This document shows, in pieces, positions 55,631-64,000 of a stretch of DNA of 64,000 nt; position 1 is the stretch's first letter, and each line of letters begins with the position of its first letter. The stretch lies in NCBI RefSeq assembly GCF_055900595.2, contig NZ_CM148325.1. One strand, written 5' to 3'. The position numbers and the translations under genes are program-made. The notes under the pieces are model-generated. The model made no database searches. It was not told where the DNA came from and saw nothing but the letters and a program-made list of their open reading frames with translations.

Positions 55631-56010
55631 TGGCAATATTAGGTTTAGGCACGGATATCGTGGAGATCGCTCGCATAGAAGCGGTGATCGCCCGATCCGG
55701 TGAGCGCCTGGCTCGCCGCGTATTAAGCGATAACGAATGGGAAATCTGGAAAACGCACCACCAGCCAGTGCGTTTTCTGGCGAAGCGCTTTGCCGTAAAA
55801 GAAGCCGCAGCAAAAGCGTTTGGCACCGGGATCCGCAATGGTCTGGCGTTTAATCAGTTTGAAGTATTTAACGATGAGCTTGGTAAGCCACGGCTGCGAC
55901 TGTGGGGCGAGGCATTAAAACTGGCGGAAAAGCTCGGCGTTGTAAATATGCATGTAACGCTGGCAGATGAACGCCACTATGCTTGCGCCACGGTAATTAT
56001 CGAAAGTTAA
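55630..56010 (+). CDS. acpS: Holo-[acyl-carrier-protein] synthase
   Basis: [32 protein letters not shown]... 126 aa. Confidence 0.96.
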   Translation: MAILGLGTDIVEIARIEAVIARSGERLARRVLSDNEWEIWKTHHQPVRFLAKRFAVKEAAAKAFGTGIRNGLAFNQFEVFNDELGKPRLRLWGEALKLAEKLGVVNMHVTLADERHYACATVIIES

Positions 56011-56029
56011 AATAATACCGTTCTCTTTA

Positions 56030-56072
56030 AAAAGTAAAACCCCCGAACTGGTAAGGAACGGGGGTTTTACTT
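56030..56072. terminator. Terminator hairpin downstream of acpS
   Basis: aaaacccccgaactggtaaggaacgggggtttt flanked by A/T runs. Confidence 0.7.
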
Positions 56073-56429
56073 TACAACTTTAATTTTGTGCAGCACACGA
56101 TTCCAACAAAAATGATTATGGATCAATTTAGTTATCCTGTACAAGCAACTTGCAATCTTTAGCATAAAAACTCGAGCCTTTACGAAGAAATCGATATTGA
56201 TGAAAAGATTAACGTGACCGCTTTTTGATAAGTACATTAGAATCGGCGTCGTTATTGGATATTTTGCTGTGTTCTACGCCATGCCACTGAATTCCCCCAT
56301 TGAAACGAGTGGTGTCGTCAAAGCTCTGGTGTGGAGTGCGGCACTCGATTCCAATAACTCGCACGTTCAGTTTTGGGGAGATGTAAGGGCTAATCTGAAC
56401 GGCTGCATTCCTTGTTTAAGGAAAAACGA

Positions 56430-56510
56430 ATGACTGATTGCCGATACCTGATTAAACGGGTCATTAAAGTCGTCATTGCTGTTTTACAGCTGATCCTTCT
56501 GTTCTTGTAA
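56430..56510 (+). CDS. shoB: Type I toxin ShoB (26-aa hydrophobic membrane peptide)
   Basis: atg...taa encodes MTDCRYLIKRVIKVVIAVLQLILLFL*, matching ShoB; absent from ORF track because it is under 60 aa. Confidence 0.8.
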   Translation: MTDCRYLIKRVIKVVIAVLQLILLFL

Positions 56511-56703
56511 CACCAGGAAACGTACTTAAGGCGCGTCAGGTTAACCAGCCAGGCGCGCCTTTAATAATTATAAATAAATGTCTGGGCAGATATTATATAA
56601 ATTCATTTGGTGAATAATTATGCTAATGTCATCAATTAAATAAATATAATGGCGTTAAGGCTTTCCTGTAAAATATTTAATACTCTACTTCCAGAGCAAA
56701 ATA

Positions 56704-57000
<297 letters not shown>

Positions 57001-57019
57001 TTATACGCGCATTCTTTAC

Positions 57020-57114
57020 TCAAACCAGTTTTTTCACCAACGCTTCACTATGACGAATACGTTCTGGTGCCAGCTCCAGATCCTGCTGAATCAGCGCAAT
57101 GAACAGTAAATCCG
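57020..57114 (-). pseudogene. yfhH: Displaced 3' end of yfhH (last ~28 codons) separated from the gene body by IS1
   Basis: Joining minus-strand sequence across the IS1 plus one TSD copy restores an in-frame tail ...LFIALIQQDLELAPERIRHSEALVKKLV*. Confidence 0.7.
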
Positions 57115-57129
57115 GGTAATGACTCCAAC

Positions 57130-57633
57130 TTATTGATAGTGTTTTATGTTCAGATAATGCCCGATGACTTTGTCATGCAGCTCCACCGATTTTGAGAACG
57201 ACAGCGACTTCCGTCCCAGCCGTGCCAGGTGCTGCCTCAGATTCAGGTTATGCCGCTCAATTCGCTGCGTATATCGCTTGCTGATTACGTGCAGCTTTCC
57301 CTTCAGGCGGGATTCATACAGCGGCCAGCCATCCGTCATCCATATCACCACGTCAAAGGGTGACAGCAGGCTCATAAGACGCCCCAGCGTCGCCATAGTG
57401 CGTTCACCGAATACGTGCGCAACAACCGTCTTCCGGAGCCTGTCATACGCGTAAAACAGCCAGCGCTGGCGCGATTTAGCCCCGACATAGCCCCACTGTT
57501 CGTCCATTTCCGCGCAGACGATGACGTCACTGCCCGGCTGTATGCGCGAGGTTACCGACTGCGGCCTGAGTTTTTTAAGTGACGTAAAATCGTGTTGAGG
57601 CCAACGCCCATAATGCGGGCAGTTGCCCGGCAT
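57130..57633 (-). CDS. insB: IS1 InsB reading frame (expressed as InsAB' transposase by -1 frameshift)
   Basis: 167-aa ORF overlapping insA 3' end in the -1 frame. Confidence 0.9.
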
Positions 57634-57827
57634 CCAACGCCATTCATGGCCATATCAATGATTTTCTGGTGCGTACCGGGTTGAGAAGCGGTGTAAGTGA
57701 ACTGCAGTTGCCATGTTTTACGGCAGTGAGAGCAGAGATAGCGCTGATGTCCGGCGGTGCTTTTGCCGTTACGCACCACCCCGTCAGTAGCTGAACAGGA
57801 GGGACAGCTGATAGAAACAGAAGCCAC
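57552..57827 (-). CDS. insA: IS1 protein InsA
   Basis: [43 protein letters not shown]... 91 aa. Confidence 0.93.
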
Positions 57828-57877
57828 TGGAGCACCTCAAAAACACCATCATACACTAAATCAGTAAGTTGGCAGCA

Positions 57878-58645
57878 TCACCGTAAATCCGTTAACATTC
57901 CCTGAGCGTGACAAGCAGAGATTGCAGCACTGTTTGTCGCTTGTTCTTCGGCAATGGTATACAGGCAATGAGAAGCACGCTGTTGCAGGGCATTGGGAGT
58001 AAAGCCGGTAATCGCCAGCACTTTTCCGCCCACTCGCAGCATCTCATCTGCCGCCAGGTTTAACTCGCGTCGTACACCGGTGTAGGAAATGGCTAATAAC
58101 AGATCGTCAGGGGACGACGCCTGTACTGTAGCGAGTAGCGCATGCATATCGCGCACTGCGGCAGCATTGAAGCCAATCTTCATCAGCTTCCAGGCAAAGT
58201 TTTGCGCCACCAGACCCGAAGCGCCAATACCGGTCAGAATTATCCGCCGTGCAGAGCGCAACATTGTTACGCATTCATGCAGTTTCTCTTCACTATTAAC
58301 ATTTAGCGTTGCGTACATAGCGGCAGTATTTTCTTTAATCAGTTTTTCGCCGACCAGCCGTAACGGATCATCACCGCGGATTTGGTTATGAATGGGCACG
58401 GAGGGAGATTCCGGCTGGCTTGCCAGCGCTTCACTCAACGCCAACTTAAGTGCCGGAAAACCTTTATAGCCGAGTTTTTGCGCGAACTTCACGACGCTGG
58501 ACTGACTGACTCCGGCTTCGTTGGCCAGTTGCTGAGAGCTTAAATGGCGCGCCGTATCAGGTTGTAGCAGCAGATAGTCCGCCAGTTTTTTATCACTCTG
58601 GGCAAGCCCCTGGTAACGCTGACGGATACGAAGTAAGCCGTTCAT
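57878..58645 (-). pseudogene. yfhH: RpiR-family (HTH + SIS domain) regulator YfhH, C-terminally truncated by IS1
   Basis: MNGLLRIRQRYQGLAQSDKKLADYLL... reads ...GMLTDL then enters IS1 and stops after one codon (R*). Confidence 0.8.
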
Positions 58646-58853
58646 ATCTTTCCTCGCGATGAAATAGTGGCGACAACAGGCAATATGAGACAAACGCGGG
58701 TGAATTTTATATTCCATTGCCGCTAATTGCCATGAATTAAAAATTCCAGTTAGCCATGATGCGGTCGATTGTTGCCGGAAAAGTGATGATCTATCTGTTA
58801 GGCTATGTAGTAGCGAAAATTAATCAGGATGTTTCAGTCCAGAGGAGTATGGT

Positions 58854-59489
58854 TTGGCAACTCACGAGCGTCGTGTGGTGTTTTTTGACTTAGATGGAAC
58901 ATTGCATCAGCAGGATATGTTCGGCAGTTTTATGCGTTATTTACTGCGTCGCCAACCGCTGAATGCATTACTTGTCCTGCCGTTGTTGCCGGTCATTGCC
59001 ATCGCGTTATTGATAAAAGGTCGTGCAGCACGATGGCCGATGAGTCTGCTTCTTTGGGGATGCACTTTTGGTCACAGTGAAGCGCGTTTACAGGCGTTGC
59101 AGGCCGATTTTGTGCACTGGTTTCGCGACAATGTTACCGCTTTTCCGCTTGTCCAGGAGCGTTTGACTACCTACCTGTTAAGTTCCGATGCGGATATTTG
59201 GTTGATCACAGGCTCTCCGCAGCCGCTGGTTGAAGCGGTTTATTATGATACGCCCTGGTTGCCGCGGGTTAATCTTATTGCCAGTCAGATCCAGCGGGGT
59301 TATGGCGGTTGGATATTGACGATGCGTTGTCTGGGACATGAAAAGGTCGCACAACTGGAGCGCAAAATTGGCACGCCGCTGCGGCTGTACAGTGGCTATA
59401 GCGACAGTAATCAGGACAACCCGCTGCTTTATTTCTGCCAGCATCGCTGGCGGGTAACCCCGCGTGGTGAACTCCAGCAACTGGAATAG
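58854..59489 (+). CDS. pgpC: Phosphatidylglycerophosphatase C (HAD-like), PgpC/YfhB
   Basis: MATHERRVVFFDLDGTLHQQD... HAD motif I, 211 aa. Confidence 0.92.
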   Translation: MATHERRVVFFDLDGTLHQQDMFGSFMRYLLRRQPLNALLVLPLLPVIAIALLIKGRAARWPMSLLLWGCTFGHSEARLQALQADFVHWFRDNVTAFPLVQERLTTYLLSSDADIWLITGSPQPLVEAVYYDTPWLPRVNLIASQIQRGYGGWILTMRCLGHEKVAQLERKIGTPLRLYSGYSDSNQDNPLLYFCQHRWRVTPRGELQQLE

Positions 59490-59501
59490 AGTAAAGCATA
59501 G

Positions 59502-61603
<2,102 letters not shown>

Positions 61604-61768
61604 TTAGTTAATTCTCTGTGTCGTGCGCATCCCAGCTTGAAAAAACGTAATAATAGTGAAAGGTTTACTCATAAATGAGCGGCATTTTGCGTAAACCAGC
61701 GCCAGTTGGCAACTTATTACAGCCATTGGCGGCACGCGTTGCTAATTCACAATGGTGATTTTATTTCC

Positions 61769-61784
61769 ACGCAAACGGTTTCGT
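61769..61784 (+). promoter_or_regulatory. PurR operator (PUR box) upstream of purL
   Basis: acgcaaacggtttcgt matches PurR box consensus ACGCAAACGTTTTCGT; tataat at 61802-61807 downstream. Confidence 0.8.
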
Positions 61785-61860
61785 CAGCGCATCAGATTCT
61801 TTATAATGACGCCCGTTTCCCCCCCTTGGGTACACCGAAAGCTTAGAAGACGAGAGACTT

Positions 61861-64000
61861 ATGATGGAAATTCTGCGTGGTTCGCCTGCATTGTCGGCAT
61901 TCCGAATCAACAAACTGCTGGCACGTTTTCAGGCTGCCAGGCTCCCGGTTCACAATATTTACGCCGAGTATGTCCATTTTGCTGACCTCAATGCGCCGTT
62001 AAACGATGATGAGCACGCACAACTTGAACGCCTGCTGAAATATGGCCCGGCACTCGCCAGCCACGCCCCGCAAGGCAAACTCCTGCTGGTGACTCCGCGT
62101 CCTGGTACCATCTCTCCCTGGTCTTCGAAAGCGACCGATATCGCCCATAACTGCGGGCTGCAACAGGTAAACCGCCTTGAGCGCGGCGTTGCTTACTATA
62201 TAGAAGCCGGTACGCTGACCCATCAACAATGGCAGCAGGTGACCGCTGAACTGCACGACCGCATGATGGAAACGGTCTTTTCTGCTTTAGATGATGCAGA
62301 GCAGCTGTTTGCACACCATCAACCGACTCCGGTCACCAGCGTTGATTTGCTGGGGCAGGGCCGTCAGGCGCTAATCGACGCTAACCTGCGTCTTGGCCTG
62401 GCACTGGCGGAAGATGAAATTGACTATCTGCAGGATGCGTTCACAAAGCTGGGTCGTAACCCGAACGACATCGAGCTGTATATGTTCGCCCAGGCGAATT
62501 CTGAGCACTGCCGCCACAAAATTTTTAACGCCGACTGGATTATCGACGGAGAACAACAGCCGAAATCGCTGTTCAAGATGATCAAAAACACCTTCGAAAC
62601 CACGCCGGATCACGTTCTCTCGGCTTATAAAGATAACGCCGCCGTAATGGAAGGTTCTGAAGTGGGCCGCTACTTTGCTGACCACGAAACGGGCCGCTAC
62701 GATTTCCATCAGGAACCGGCGCACATTCTGATGAAAGTCGAAACCCACAACCACCCAACGGCGATTTCTCCGTGGCCGGGCGCAGCTACCGGTTCCGGCG
62801 GTGAAATTCGCGATGAAGGTGCCACCGGCCGCGGCGCGAAGCCGAAAGCTGGCCTGGTCGGTTTCTCCGTATCCAACCTGCGTATTCCTGGCTTTGAACA
62901 ACCGTGGGAAGAAGATTTCGGTAAGCCTGAGCGCATTGTCACCGCGCTGGACATCATGACAGAAGGTCCGCTGGGCGGCGCGGCATTTAACAACGAATTT
63001 GGTCGTCCGGCACTGAACGGCTACTTCCGTACCTATGAAGAAAAAGTGAACAGCCACAACGGCGAAGAGCTGCGCGGGTATCACAAACCGATCATGCTGG
63101 CGGGTGGGATCGGCAACATTCGCGCCGATCACGTACAAAAAGGTGAGATCAACGTCGGTGCGAAACTGGTCGTTCTCGGCGGCCCGGCAATGAACATCGG
63201 TCTTGGCGGCGGCGCGGCGTCTTCCATGGCGTCTGGTCAGTCTGATGCCGACCTCGACTTTGCTTCCGTACAGCGCGATAACCCGGAGATGGAGCGTCGC
63301 TGTCAGGAAGTGATCGACCGTTGCTGGCAGCTTGGTGATGCTAACCCAATTCTGTTTATCCACGACGTCGGCGCAGGCGGTCTTTCTAACGCGATGCCGG
63401 AACTGGTGAGCGACGGCGGACGCGGCGGTAAATTCGAACTGCGCGATATTCTGAGCGACGAACCGGGCATGAGCCCGCTGGAAATCTGGTGTAACGAATC
63501 CCAGGAACGCTACGTGCTGGCGGTTGCTGCCGATCAGTTACCGCTGTTTGACGAACTGTGTAAGCGTGAACGCGCGCCCTACGCGGTGATTGGTGAAGCG
63601 ACCGAAGAACTGCATCTTTCTCTGCACGATCGTCATTTTGATAATCAGCCGATCGATCTGCCGCTGGACGTCCTGCTTGGTAAAACGCCGAAGATGACCC
63701 GCGATGTGCAAACGCTGAAAGCGAAAGGCGACGCGCTGGCCCGTGAAGGGATCACCATTGCAGACGCGGTGAAACGTGTGCTGCATCTGCCGACTGTGGC
63801 GGAAAAAACCTTCCTGGTGACCATTGGCGACCGCAGCGTAACCGGTATGGTGGCGCGCGATCAGATGGTGGGGCCGTGGCAGGTGCCGGTCGCTAACTGC
63901 GCGGTCACTACCGCCAGCCTCGACAGCTACTACGGCGAAGCGATGGCAATTGGCGAACGTGCGCCGGTTGCACTGCTGGATTTCGCCGCCTCTGCCCGTC
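61861..64000 (+). CDS. purL: Phosphoribosylformylglycinamidine synthase PurL, partial (runs off the window end)
   Basis: [30 protein letters not shown]...; open to the window end so absent from ORF track. Confidence 0.93.
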   Translation, partial: MMEILRGSPALSAFRINKLLARFQAARLPVHNIYAEYVHFADLNAPLNDDEHAQLERLLKYGPALASHAPQGKLLLVTPRPGTISPWSSKATDIAHNCGLQQVNRLERGVAYYIEAGTLTHQQWQQVTAELHDRMMETVFSALDDAEQLFAHHQPTPVTSVDLLGQGRQALIDANLRLGLALAEDEIDYLQDAFTKLGRNPNDIELYMFAQANSEHCRHKIFNADWIIDGEQQPKSLFKMIKNTFETTPDHVLSAYKDNAAVMEGSEVGRYFADHETGRYDFHQEPAHILMKVETHNHPTAISPWPGAATGSGGEIRDEGATGRGAKPKAGLVGFSVSNLRIPGFEQPWEEDFGKPERIVTALDIMTEGPLGGAAFNNEFGRPALNGYFRTYEEKVNSHNGEELRGYHKPIMLAGGIGNIRADHVQKGEINVGAKLVVLGGPAMNIGLGGGAASSMASGQSDADLDFASVQRDNPEMERRCQEVIDRCWQLGDANPILFIHDVGAGGLSNAMPELVSDGGRGGKFELRDILSDEPGMSPLEIWCNESQERYVLAVAADQLPLFDELCKRERAPYAVIGEATEELHLSLHDRHFDNQPIDLPLDVLLGKTPKMTRDVQTLKAKGDALAREGITIADAVKRVLHLPTVAEKTFLVTIGDRSVTGMVARDQMVGPWQVPVANCAVTTASLDSYYGEAMAIGERAPVALLDFAASAR

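Larger units (their letters stand above)
57115..57882 (-). mobile_element. IS1 insertion sequence, complete 768 bp, with perfect 9-bp target-site duplication gtaaatccg (57106-57114 and 57883-57891)
   Basis: Ends ggtaatgactccaacttattgat (57115-57137) and revcomp ggtgatgctgccaacttactgat (57860-57882); insA and insB inside. Confidence 0.95.

Noticed and set aside
55034-55813. 259-aa minus-strand ORF across pdxJ/acpS
   Set aside because: Antisense to two conserved operon genes; no recognisable family.
56281-56385. 34-codon ORF (MPLNSPIETSGVVKALVWSAALDSNNSHVQFWGDV) upstream of shoB
   Set aside because: Lies in the expected shoB 5' UTR/ohsC region and has no recognisable family; cannot support it as a gene.
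62371-63363. 330-aa minus-strand ORF inside purL
   Set aside because: Antisense frame of GC-rich purL coding sequence; purL itself is the real gene.

Overview
This window is a core Escherichia coli/Shigella chromosomal segment running from smpB to the start of purL, and I found no novel or undescribed biological system in it. Every long ORF matches a well-known protein family. Gene order is smpB, ratA-ratB, bamE, recN, nadK, grpE, yfjD, ypjD, ffh, rpsP-rimM-trmD-rplS, yfiB-dgcN-yfiR, yfiL, aroF-tyrA, pheA-pheL, raiA, bamD, rluD-yfiH, clpB, the complete rrnG-type rRNA operon (16S, tRNA-Glu, 23S, 5S), kgtP, yfiM, pssA, patZ, yfiP, trxC, yfiF, ung, grcA, eamB, yfiE, srmB, yfiC, nadB, rpoE-rseABC, lepA-lepB, rnc-era-recO-pdxJ-acpS, shoB, yfhL, yfhH, pgpC, tadA, mltF, purL. 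The accessory content is three insertion sequences: a degenerate IS4 carrying a nested IS200-like element, inserted in the loop of the terminator hairpin between bamD and raiA, and an intact IS1 with a perfect 9-bp target duplication that truncates the 3' end of yfhH. Neither IS4, IS200 nor an IS1 at this site is recalled at these loci in K-12 MG1655, so these are the strain-specific observations worth follow-up. Many regulatory sites are readable directly (sigma-32, sigma-E, LexA, TyrR, FNR and PurR sites, the pheA attenuator, rrn P1/P2 and boxA, REP/BIME repeats). All coordinates were counted by hand from the sequence; gene identities rest on recognition of the translated proteins and no database search was run.
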